This document shows, in pieces, positions 43,887 to 51,004 of a DNA stretch of 63,674 nt. The translations under genes and the position numbers were made by a program. The notes below the pieces were generated by a model. That model was given only the letters and a program-made list of their open reading frames with translations, was not told the DNA's origin and ran no database searches. Source of the stretch: a virus (Duplodnaviria; Caudoviricetes). Every line of letters starts with the position of its first letter. Positions within the stretch are counted from its first letter, which is position 1. The DNA lies in the IMG/VR virus record IMGVR_UViG_3300048839_000884, positions 1-63,674 of that record, one strand, 5' to 3'.

Positions 43887-44640
43887 CGTCCCGTGCCCAA
43901 AGCGCCTCGCGCGCACATACGTATGGGTGCCCGCGCGCGTAGTTGTTTCTTTCTCCTCACTACGTTCGGAGGATAGGGATCCACCTTCGGTGTCTCCCTC
44001 TCCTCCTCCACTTCGTTCAGAGGTTAGCCTCGCTTCGCTCGGCCCGCTCGCTTCGCTCGCTGACCCCCTGACTGATTTTTCAAATCCTTCGGATTGTGAA
44101 GAAATCAGTCCTCCCCCGCTGCCGGCGGCCGATCCGGAACCCGGTCCGACCCGGACATCGCGGGTTTCGGGGAAAAGTCGGATCGGGCTTGCGTCTCCCG
44201 GCTGGGATGTGTTCTGGTCGGTCTACCCCAAGCGGGCCGGCCGAGTGGCGGCGGAGCGGGCGTGGCGGGTGGTGGTCGAGCGTGGCGGCGTCGACCCGGA
44301 GATGGTCATCGAAGCGGCCCGGCGGTACGCGGCCAGCCGGGTGAGGCAAGACCCGAGGTACACGCTCCACCCGGCATCGTGGATCCGGGGACGGCGGTTC
44401 GAGGACGAGGAGGGATCCGGCAGTGAACAGCATCGTGGCGCATCGTGGTCCTTCTCCGGACGAGACCTCCTTGAGGCGGTCCGTCGCGGTCCTTCTGGCG
44501 GAGATCCAGTCCCGGCCGGGAGTGCGCGTCCCGCCGATCAGCCGGCCGCTGACGGACGCGGAGCGCGAGTGGGCGGACGCCCGGCTGCGGGAGATCCGCG
44601 CGGACCTCGCGCCGAAGGAGTTCGACGTCCCGGTCGCTGA
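43738..44640 (+). CDS. Replication initiator-like protein
   Basis: FWSVYPKRAGRVAAERAW..HPASWIRGRRFEDE C-terminal motif; low-complexity repeat-rich middle. Confidence 0.7.
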   Translation: MNRRALSRQRKENVNEIKRWLLLLEQKIAGIDEKVAQKRVRRGEKPNEISVPCPKRLARTYVWVPARVVVSFSSLRSEDRDPPSVSPSPPPLRSEVSLASLGPLASLADPLTDFSNPSDCEEISPPPLPAADPEPGPTRTSRVSGKSRIGLASPGWDVFWSVYPKRAGRVAAERAWRVVVERGGVDPEMVIEAARRYAASRVRQDPRYTLHPASWIRGRRFEDEEGSGSEQHRGASWSFSGRDLLEAVRRGPSGGDPVPAGSARPADQPAADGRGARVGGRPAAGDPRGPRAEGVRRPGR

Positions 44641-45142
44641 CGCCTTCGTGGACTTCTTCATGGCTTTCGAGAGGATCCCGTTCGAGGTGGCCGAGCGCGT
44701 GGTCCGGGTCTATTGGGACGCGGTCGCGGAGTTCCCGGAGTGGGCGACGCTCGCCGTGCTGCGCGAGTTCCGGACGGGCGTGATCCAGCATGACGGCCAT
44801 CGTGCCCCGTCGGCTGCACAGGTCGCGCAGGCGCTCCGCGCCCGTGTCGCCCCGCTCAGGGCCGAGGCGTTCGCGCTGGAGCGGCTTCTGGCGGCGCGTC
44901 CCGTGGATGAGATTCGCGGCGAGGTGCGGGCCGTGGCGCCCGCTCCGGCGCCCGTGCTGCCGTTGCGGCGTGACCCGGCGAAGGCGAGTGGGGCGGAGGC
45001 CACGCCTCGCTCGCCTGTGGTCTTCGTCCCGCGCGACGACGAGCGTTTCCCGGACCTCGCGGCGCGCTGGAGCGCCGAGGCCGGCAAGGTGATCCCGGAC
45101 GACGGCGAGGGGTGGCTGTTCCCCTCGCGCTGGGTCGTCTGA
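44423..45142 (+). CDS. Putative replication accessory protein (helicase-loader position)
   Basis: GGAGGGATCC RBS + GTG; YWDAVAEFPEWA..APSAAQV; follows initiator. Confidence 0.6.
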   Translation: MNSIVAHRGPSPDETSLRRSVAVLLAEIQSRPGVRVPPISRPLTDAEREWADARLREIRADLAPKEFDVPVADAFVDFFMAFERIPFEVAERVVRVYWDAVAEFPEWATLAVLREFRTGVIQHDGHRAPSAAQVAQALRARVAPLRAEAFALERLLAARPVDEIRGEVRAVAPAPAPVLPLRRDPAKASGAEATPRSPVVFVPRDDERFPDLAARWSAEAGKVIPDDGEGWLFPSRWVV

Positions 45143-45421
45143 CGAGATGGTCGCGCGCGGGGCCGATCCCTCCTTCGCGCTCGACCGGGGTGGCGTCGCC
45201 TCGAAACGCCACCCCACCCTTCCCCCTCCCGGCGGCGGCTTCGCAACCCTCTCCCGTTCAGGCGCCGGGGAATCGAGCTACGGCGCGCATCATCTGCCCC
45301 GCGCGGACCGGGCTTGATCGGGGCGGCGGCCGGTTTGTCTCCATGGGCCGGTCGCCGTTCTTTCGTCTCGGGCACGGGACGATCCCCCGGAGGTTCCTCC
45401 TCCCCCTCCGGGCAAACTGAA

Positions 45422-45444
45422 AGGGCCGGCTACGCGCCGGCCCT
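45422..45444. terminator. Hairpin at end of early operon (probable terminator)
   Basis: AGGGCCGGC-TACGC-GCCGGCCCT; short U run follows on the - strand; convergent junction. Confidence 0.55.
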
Positions 45445-45615
45445 CCTTTCTTCCTCGATGGTCTTCATCGTTGCGACCACGGTCTCCGGGATCCGGATCG
45501 TCCCGGTCTCCCATCGCCAGAGCGTGATCCGGTCCCGGCTGAGCGCCCGCGCGGCGGCGCTCCTGTTGCCGGCAAAAACCCTATCCATCCACGCGCGGAA
45601 ATCCTTCGGGCTCAT
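45430..45615 (-). CDS. Small XRE/Cro-like HTH protein (61 aa)
   Basis: GAGGTG RBS; MSPKDFRAWM..RSAAARALSRDRITLWRWETGTIRIP. Confidence 0.75.
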   Translation of the reverse strand: MSPKDFRAWMDRVFAGNRSAAARALSRDRITLWRWETGTIRIPETVVATMKTIEEERRAGA

Positions 45616-45617
45616 GG

Positions 45618-45980
45618 TCACCTCTTGAGGAAGGGGATGACGTCCCCTCCGTGCTCCCGGCTCACGCCGATTGCCCGCGCGACCTTCCGGCGGACCTCCG
45701 TCGATCCGGGCGGGACGTAGGATCCGGGTTCGACCTTGAGCCCGAGGTTGCGCGACAGGCGCACGAGCGCGTGCCACGTCAGGTCGACGTCGACGATGGC
45801 CGGCACGATCCGCCGGGTGTCGGTCGCCGTGCAGGCCGGCACGGCGGCGAGCGTGTCGTCTCCCCGCTTGACGACCACGTAGAGGGCCGCTGCCGGCTCT
45901 CCACCGGTCGCGGCGGGGTCGAGCGGCTTGGCCAGCAGTTCGAGTCTCACGGGCTCGCTGCGCGTCCGGAATGGCCACAT
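45618..45980 (-). CDS. Hypothetical early protein
   Basis: GGGAGG RBS; in operon. Confidence 0.6.
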   Translation of the reverse strand: MWPFRTRSEPVRLELLAKPLDPAATGGEPAAALYVVVKRGDDTLAAVPACTATDTRRIVPAIVDVDLTWHALVRLSRNLGLKVEPGSYVPPGSTEVRRKVARAIGVSREHGGDVIPFLKR

Positions 45981-45982
45981 GA

Positions 45983-46279
45983 TCAGACCTCCCCCTCGCC
46001 GGCCGAGCCGTCGACGTACCGGAGATAGCTCACGCGGCCCTCGCCGGCGTTCCCCGGTCCATTCCAGCCGTCGAACTTCGGCAATCCCTGCGTGACCGGG
46101 TGCGCGGCGCCCGACCGGACCGTGCCGACGCGGGCGGAGCCGCGCGCGGCCATCGCCTTTTCGAGATCGGCGACGGCGACCTCGACGCGGACATCCCGGA
46201 CGCCGGGGATCCGCTCGATCAGCACGGCGGTGGTGGCCGGCGCGACCCGGCCAAGGAAGGCGTAGCGTGACGTTCCCAT
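45983..46279 (-). CDS. Hypothetical early protein
   Basis: GAGGAGGGAACC-ATG; MGTSRYAFLG... Confidence 0.65.
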   Translation of the reverse strand: MGTSRYAFLGRVAPATTAVLIERIPGVRDVRVEVAVADLEKAMAARGSARVGTVRSGAAHPVTQGLPKFDGWNGPGNAGEGRVSYLRYVDGSAGEGEV

Positions 46280-46296
46280 GGTTCCCTCCTCTCGCC

Positions 46297-46503
46297 TCAC
46301 GGCGCGTCCCAATGCACGTTCCGGAGCGCCTGCGCGGCGCGCTCGATGCCGGCCAGCCATTCCGTGTAGGCGGCGCCCTGCGGCCCGTCCTGCCAGCGGA
46401 TCGGCTGGCGGTTCAGCCATTGGCGGCCGTGCCCCAGCGACATCTCCAGCGCCTCCAACGTCTCGTCGAGCAGCTTCGCCGTGTGCCTGTCCAGACTCTT
46501 CAT
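46297..46503 (-). CDS. Hypothetical early protein
   Basis: AGGAGGGATCC-ATG. Confidence 0.7.
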   Translation of the reverse strand: MKSLDRHTAKLLDETLEALEMSLGHGRQWLNRQPIRWQDGPQGAAYTEWLAGIERAAQALRNVHWDAP

Positions 46504-46577
46504 GGATCCCTCCTATGCGGGCGGGTGGTGCCCGAGAAGGCCGGCGGATCGCACCCGCCGGCCGGCTCTCGCATCAC
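46501..46577 (-). repeat. Intergenic stop-to-start element, divergent copy
   Basis: GUGAUGC..hairpin..GGGCACCACCCGCCCG..AGGAGGGAUCCAUG; shares central hairpin with 47850 copy. Confidence 0.75.
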
Positions 46578-46873
46578 TCGTAGCGCGGGCGGAACTCCGG
46601 GAAGTGCTTCGGCGCCTTCCCGACCGGATGCACCTCAAGGCAGTAGCGGCCTCCGGAGTAGGCCATGGACGAGAGCGGGCGCAGGCTGCGGTTCCGGTCC
46701 TGCATCCGCTCCAGCAGGTCGCCCATCCGCCGGCAGGCCCGTGCGGCCTCGCCCTTGGTCTTCCAGCGGCGCCTGAGGGTCCGCCGAAGGTCGCCGTAGG
46801 TGAACCACCAGCCGCCCTCCTCCGGGCCGCCGTAGCCCATGCCTAGCTCGTAGACGTGGATTGCGTAGCGCAT
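46574..46873 (-). CDS. Hypothetical early protein (YGGPEEGGWW motif)
   Basis: GAGGAGGG RBS, TGATG coupling. Confidence 0.7.
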   Translation of the reverse strand: MRYAIHVYELGMGYGGPEEGGWWFTYGDLRRTLRRRWKTKGEAARACRRMGDLLERMQDRNRSLRPLSSMAYSGGRYCLEVHPVGKAPKHFPEFRPRYE

Positions 46874-47145
46874 CACGACGCCCTCCTCTCGCCGGCGTAG
46901 TAGCGCCGCCACGACCCGCCCATTTCGTCGAAGTCGCGGATCGAGACGTGGTCGCGGGCGGTGCGCTTGCGCGCCGGGTGCTCGGCGATGACGACGTAGC
47001 GCATCTCCTCGCGGTCGAGCGCGGCGCGCTGGATCGCCTCCGCCTGATCGAGCGTGTCGCAGCGGACGGACAGGCGGGAGACCCCGCCCTTCGCCTCGCC
47101 CCAGCCGCTCAAGAACCTGTCGACCATGTTGACGTAGAAGCTCAT
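46873..47145 (-). CDS. Hypothetical early protein
   Basis: GGAGGGATCC-ATG; YVNMVDRFLSGWG motif. Confidence 0.75.
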   Translation of the reverse strand: MSFYVNMVDRFLSGWGEAKGGVSRLSVRCDTLDQAEAIQRAALDREEMRYVVIAEHPARKRTARDHVSIRDFDEMGGSWRRYYAGERRAS

Positions 47146-47191
47146 GGATCCCTCCGGGTGGTGGCGCCGGGCAACCCGCCCGACGCCCTCG

Positions 47192-47220
47192 ACTATACAC
47201 GAAACTGTTGCATATGCAAC
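47192..47220 (-). promoter_or_regulatory. Early sigma70-like promoter with palindromic operator
   Basis: TTGCAT-16-TATAGT; perfect palindrome GTTGCATATGCAAC at 47207-47220 over the -35. Confidence 0.75.
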
Positions 47221-47224
47221 GGTG

Positions 47225-47434
47225 TCACCAATCCTGCACCCGCACCTCGACGGTCAGACCGGGGCGGAGAAGGGTCCGGGGGACGGTGAACTCCAGCCCG
47301 GAGGCTGTCGCCATGACGGCGCGCGAGCGCGGCCACGTCTCGCGGACGTAGCCGATGGCTTCGTGCAGCGTCGGGAACTCCGCGACGCGGTTCATGGTGG
47401 TGGGCGTGAAGCCGCGAAGCACGACGGTGGTCAT
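47225..47434 (-). CDS. Hypothetical early protein
   Basis: GGAGGGATCCAG-ATG, ATGA overlap. Confidence 0.65.
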   Translation of the reverse strand: MTTVVLRGFTPTTMNRVAEFPTLHEAIGYVRETWPRSRAVMATASGLEFTVPRTLLRPGLTVEVRVQDW

Positions 47435-47655
47435 CTGGATCCCTCCGAGCGGATGGCGCGCCGCAGGTGCGCGATGAAGGACTGCCGGCTCCCGTAGTCG
47501 TGCCGGCAGGCGGGCGAGTGTGAGACGACCGCGACGAGGCGGCCGTCGATCCGGACCTGTAGGTGCTTGCCCCCGACCCGCACGTCGACGCGGTCGCCAA
47601 GCGGATCGAGGATAGCGCGCACGCGCGGGTCCGCGAGGATGCGGTGCCGCGCCAT
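47431..47655 (-). CDS. Hypothetical early protein
   Basis: TGATG coupling; MARHRILADPR...GGKHLQVR. Confidence 0.6.
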   Translation of the reverse strand: MARHRILADPRVRAILDPLGDRVDVRVGGKHLQVRIDGRLVAVVSHSPACRHDYGSRQSFIAHLRRAIRSEGSR

Positions 47656-47852
47656 CAGTCCTCGTCCTTCTCGGTCGCCGCAAAGGACAGGATGCCGATG
47701 CGGTTCCCGTTGAAGTCGCGAAGCGGCGTGTAGATCACCTCGCCCCCGGATTCGAGGTGGGCAAGCGCGACGCGGAGGACGCTCATCGCCACTTCGCGCG
47801 GCATGGCGGTCGCGTCGGCGCCGTACGACCGGACGTCGATCAGAAGTCTCAT
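47655..47852 (-). CDS. Hypothetical early protein
   Basis: Start at end of repeat element; LRDFNGNRIG motif. Confidence 0.7.
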   Translation of the reverse strand: MRLLIDVRSYGADATAMPREVAMSVLRVALAHLESGGEVIYTPLRDFNGNRIGILSFAATEKDED

Positions 47853-47926
47853 GGATCCCTCCTGTATGGAGCACTGGCGCTCCGGGAGGCCGGCGGATCG
47901 CACCCGCCGGCCGACCGCTGCGTCAG
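47850..47926 (-). repeat. Intergenic stop-to-start element
   Basis: CTGACGCAGCGG-hairpin-CCGGAGCGCCAGTGCTCC-ATAC-AGGAGGGATCCATG. Confidence 0.9.
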
Positions 47927-48162
47927 GCGAGACGGCGAACTTCGGCGATCAGGTCCGGGCGAAGGCGCAGGTGATCCACGCCGACACCGACCGGCTCCCG
48001 GACGACGGCGCCAAGCACCCCGTCGGTGATCCACGCTCGGCCGCCGTAGGCAGTCACGCAGCCCGAATCAGACAGCGTGAAGGTGCCTATCCCCTTCGGG
48101 CAGGCAAATTCCACCTCGATGCCGAAGAAGCCCGGGCGGGCCGAAATGATTCTGATGCTCAT
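47923..48162 (-). CDS. Hypothetical early protein
   Basis: Exactly bounded by two repeat elements. Confidence 0.75.
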   Translation of the reverse strand: MSIRIISARPGFFGIEVEFACPKGIGTFTLSDSGCVTAYGGRAWITDGVLGAVVREPVGVGVDHLRLRPDLIAEVRRLA

Positions 48163-48236
48163 GGATCCCTCCATCGTGGAGCACTGGCGCTCCGGGAGAG
48201 GCAGGGCACGCGGCCCTGCCCCGACCGCTGCGTCAG
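48160..48236 (-). repeat. Intergenic stop-to-start element
   Basis: Same consensus; ~60 bp identical to the 48753 copy. Confidence 0.9.
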
Positions 48237-48493
48237 GCGAACGGGAACGGGCCGAAGCCGTCCGGCCCGAAAAGCCCCCCGCGCGGAGGCTTCCGCCCGA
48301 CGCACAGGTAGGCCCCGCGCCAAATCTGGACCGCCTCTTTCCGGGTGACGGCGCGGGCGCGGCGGTTGCTCTCCATGGCGACGAAGGCGTCGCGCTCCTC
48401 GCGGGTGGCGAACCGGGCGACCTCCCAAGTGTTCGCGAATCCCCGGTTTCCCCGGTCTAGGTCGGCGTAGATGTTGTAGGTAGCGTAGAACAT
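48233..48493 (-). CDS. Hypothetical early protein
   Basis: Bounded by repeats; GFANTW..FATREERDAFV. Confidence 0.75.
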   Translation of the reverse strand: MFYATYNIYADLDRGNRGFANTWEVARFATREERDAFVAMESNRRARAVTRKEAVQIWRGAYLCVGRKPPRGGLFGPDGFGPFPFA

Positions 48494-48567
48494 GGATCCC
48501 TCCTGTATGGAGCACTGGCGCTCCGGGAGAGGCCCCGCCGGCGGCGAGGCCCCGACCGCTGCGTCAG
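48491..48567 (-). repeat. Intergenic stop-to-start element
   Basis: Same consensus, different central hairpin. Confidence 0.9.
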
Positions 48568-48755
48568 GCGAGCCCCAACGCCTGCGTGAAGCCGTGCAGC
48601 GCGTCGTGCGTCAGGTCGGCGCGGGTGACGTCGCCGTAGACCCGGTAGACGCGGAGGCGCCCGGTCGCCGGGTCGTACTTGCTGTCGAAGTGGATGAGCA
48701 CCCCATCCTCGCGGGTGACCGGCTCGTAGGTGTAGGTGATGCGCTTGTCTGCCAT
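48564..48755 (-). CDS. Hypothetical early protein
   Basis: Bounded by repeats; MADKRITYTYEP... Confidence 0.75.
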   Translation of the reverse strand: MADKRITYTYEPVTREDGVLIHFDSKYDPATGRLRVYRVYGDVTRADLTHDALHGFTQALGLA

Positions 48756-48830
48756 GGATCCCTCCTGTGGTGGAGCACTGGCGCTCCGGGAGAGGCAGGG
48801 CACGCGGCCCTGCCCCGACCGCTGCGTCAG
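48753..48830 (-). repeat. Intergenic stop-to-start element
   Basis: Same consensus. Confidence 0.9.
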
Positions 48831-49150
48831 CCGCCGATGTGGCGCATCGCCTCCTCCCACGCCGGCCGCGCGCCCCGGCAGGGCCGATAGCTGCGGCAGG
48901 GCGCAGCCCCGCGCACGTCGGCGCCGGCGAAGACCGGGCGCGACCCAAAGGTCTGGATCACGCGCCAGATGACGACGGCGGCGTCGCAGTCCTCCTCGGC
49001 GTAGAGGGTGCCGTCGGGGCCGACGTAGCTGTACCGGGTGAGCATGTCCTCGGTGAGCCCGATTTCGTCGGCGAGCGCCGGCCCGACCATGACCCAGCCG
49101 TGCGCGGGGTCGGTGACGTGGGTGAGGCGGATGGTGGTGGTGGTGTTCAT
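48827..49150 (-). CDS. Hypothetical early protein (DPAHGW..YAEEDCDA)
   Basis: Bounded by repeats. Confidence 0.75.
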   Translation of the reverse strand: MNTTTTIRLTHVTDPAHGWVMVGPALADEIGLTEDMLTRYSYVGPDGTLYAEEDCDAAVVIWRVIQTFGSRPVFAGADVRGAAPCRSYRPCRGARPAWEEAMRHIGG

Positions 49151-49229
49151 GTCGGATCCCTCCGGGTGCTGGAGCATGGCGCTCCGGAGGACGCCCCGCC
49201 CGTAGGCGAGGCGCCCGCCGCTGCGTCAG
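49148..49229 (-). repeat. Intergenic stop-to-start element
   Basis: Same consensus; central hairpin closed by cUACGg. Confidence 0.85.
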
Positions 49230-49564
49230 CCGGCCATCTCGGGGTCGACTTCGGCGAGGAGCGCGTCCAGCGCCGGAGCGTTGGCGGTGCAATCGCTGAT
49301 GACGTCCGCGCCATTGCCGTGGATGAGCCAGACCCGGCCAATCTGCGCCGGGGCGACCGGGTCGCGGAAGTTGAGGGTCGTCTCGTCGGTCGCGCAGACT
49401 TCGGCCGTGATCGCTTCATAGTCGGTCGACCGCTTGAGCGACCATTCCTCGCCGTCGAACACGCTGATGGTCCAGCCACGGCCGAGCGCGGCGCGGATGA
49501 GGCGGTCGACGATAGCGCGCTCGGTGTCGAGGTGCGGGGCGAGGTAGTGTTCGGGGTAGGCCAT
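49226..49564 (-). CDS. Hypothetical early protein
   Basis: AAGGAGGGATCC-ATG; SVFDGEEW..LIHGNG.DVISD. Confidence 0.75.
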   Translation of the reverse strand: MAYPEHYLAPHLDTERAIVDRLIRAALGRGWTISVFDGEEWSLKRSTDYEAITAEVCATDETTLNFRDPVAPAQIGRVWLIHGNGADVISDCTANAPALDALLAEVDPEMAG

Positions 49565-49605
49565 GGATCCCTCCTTGGTGCTGCCGGGCGACGCCCGGTC
49601 CGAGA

Positions 49606-49635
49606 GTTATAGCGCCAGAGCGTTGCACATGCAAC
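49606..49635 (-). promoter_or_regulatory. Early sigma70-like promoter with near-palindromic operator
   Basis: TTGCAT-17-TATAAC; GTTGCACATGCAAC at 49622-49635. Confidence 0.75.
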
Positions 49636-49657
49636 ACCATGGCGCTTTTCTGACAGG

Positions 49658-49999
49658 CTAGATCGCCCTTGGGATGTTGGCGAGGATCGCCTGCCGGACC
49701 TTGTCGACGCCGGCGTTGGTGACGTCGTCCAGAACCTTGCTCTCGACGACGCGCCGGCCGCCGTCGGGGCGGACGCGGATCGTCAGGCTTGCGACATGGC
49801 CGCACATGCCGGCCATGGTGGCGGCGCCCATGACCGCGCCGACGATGGCGATGGTCATCTCCTCGCGGGTGCGGCACAGGACCGGGTGCGCGTCCAGCAG
49901 GTCGACAATCTCGTCGCTGCGCCGCGCGGTCGTCGCGTTGACCCACATCCAGAAGTCGTCGCCCGTGCCATCGGCGTTGACGTTGATGTTGATGCTCAT
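49658..49999 (-). CDS. Hypothetical early protein
   Basis: Start at end of repeat element; MSININVNADG... Confidence 0.7.
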   Translation of the reverse strand: MSININVNADGTGDDFWMWVNATTARRSDEIVDLLDAHPVLCRTREEMTIAIVGAVMGAATMAGMCGHVASLTIRVRPDGGRRVVESKVLDDVTNAGVDKVRQAILANIPRAI

Positions 50000-50070
50000 G
50001 GATCCCTCCTGTGTGAAGCACTGGCGCTTCGGAAGGCCCCGCCCGTAGGCGAGGCCGGCCGCTGCGTCAG
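49997..50070 (-). repeat. Intergenic stop-to-start element (GAAGCG/TGCTTC variant)
   Basis: Compensatory variant; cUACGg hairpin. Confidence 0.9.
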
Positions 50071-50441
50071 CCCCAGCGGTAGTCCCCGGCGCCGGCCCAA
50101 GCCGCGAAGTTCCCGTCCTCCATCGCCGCGAGGCGCCGATCCGCCGCGTTGCGCTCCAGCTCGCCCATCCGGTCGTCGGTGACGACCCGCTCGCCCTTGC
50201 AGGCGCCGCAGACCACGTCGTAGTCACCACGCCAGTAGGATTCCTCGAAGTCCGGGTCGTCGTCGAAGTCCTCGGCCGTGAGCCCGTTGCAGTCGATGGA
50301 CGGGTTGACCGTGGTCCCCTCACCGTCGCAGACCGGGCAGACCATGTACTTGCGGCGGTGCGGGCGGCGGTGCGCCGGCTCCTCGTCGTCCTCGGTGCGG
50401 CACTCGTCGTCCGGGTGGACGGAAATGATCGTGATGCTCAT
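50067..50441 (-). CDS. Early protein with DnaJ-type CxxCxGxG zinc finger
   Basis: CPVCDGEG...CGACKGE; bounded by repeats. Confidence 0.75.
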   Translation of the reverse strand: MSITIISVHPDDECRTEDDEEPAHRRPHRRKYMVCPVCDGEGTTVNPSIDCNGLTAEDFDDDPDFEESYWRGDYDVVCGACKGERVVTDDRMGELERNAADRRLAAMEDGNFAAWAGAGDYRWG

Positions 50442-50514
50442 GGATCCCTCCTGTGGTGAAGCACTGGCGCTTCGGGCGACCGGGGCGCTCGGCCCCGGCC
50501 CACCGCTGCGTCAG
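50439..50514 (-). repeat. Intergenic stop-to-start element (GAAGCG/TGCTTC variant)
   Basis: Same consensus. Confidence 0.9.
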
Positions 50515-50891
50515 GCCGAAGCCCGCTCAAGCGCCGCGTCCATCCGGGCGATGGCGGCCCGCGCCTCCTCCGCGTCCATCGCGTTCATGATCGCCTTGAA
50601 CACATCGGCCCGGCTGACCCCGATCATCGCCGGCTTGATCCCGGCAAGGGCACCCGCCGCCTGCTCCAGAGCATGAGCCGCCGTGGAGGCGACGTCCGCC
50701 GCAGCCTGCGCGGTCCGGAAGTCCTTGGCATATCCGCACTGCGTGAAGGTCAGGACGTAGTCGGCGTCGGTCCGCTCGACCCCGGCATGGTCCATCATGC
50801 GGACCCAGACGGAGATCAGGAAGTCGTCGCTGTCCGCGCTCCGGATAACCGAGAGTTCAAGGTCGATGCGGATGTCGATGGGCTTGGTCAT
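50511..50891 (-). CDS. Hypothetical early protein (first of array)
   Basis: GGAGGGATCCGACC-ATG; stop inside repeat. Confidence 0.7.
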   Translation of the reverse strand: MTKPIDIRIDLELSVIRSADSDDFLISVWVRMMDHAGVERTDADYVLTFTQCGYAKDFRTAQAAADVASTAAHALEQAAGALAGIKPAMIGVSRADVFKAIMNAMDAEEARAAIARMDAALERASA

Positions 50892-50949
50892 GGTCGGATC
50901 CCTCCGGTCTGGCGGGCGATCCCCTATGGACCCACCACGCCGTGCCGAT

Positions 50950-50978
50950 AAGATGGCATGTCTCGGCATCCCGTGCAA
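50950..50978 (-). promoter_or_regulatory. Probable promoter heading the early array
   Basis: TTGCAC-17-CATCTT; carries one TGCAAC operator half-site. Confidence 0.5.
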
Positions 50979-51004
50979 CACGGTACAAATGACAGGGGGA
51001 CCAT

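Noticed and set aside
45143-45420. ncRNA or ORF in the convergent gap
   Set aside because: C-run-rich spacer with no convincing RBS/ORF or recognisable RNA fold.
47850-50514. Early repeats as a CRISPR array
   Set aside because: The spacers are 190-380 bp whole genes, the repeats have variable centres, and no cas genes were seen.
47850-50514. Early repeats as hammerhead ribozymes (CUGA...stem...GAA)
   Set aside because: The core is CUGACGC rather than CUGANGA, and GAAA is absent (GGAG or GAAG instead).
47850-50514. Early repeats as true integron attC sites or intrinsic terminators
   Set aside because: No RYYYAAC/GTTRRRY ends, no tyrosine recombinase, and no U tracts after the hairpins.
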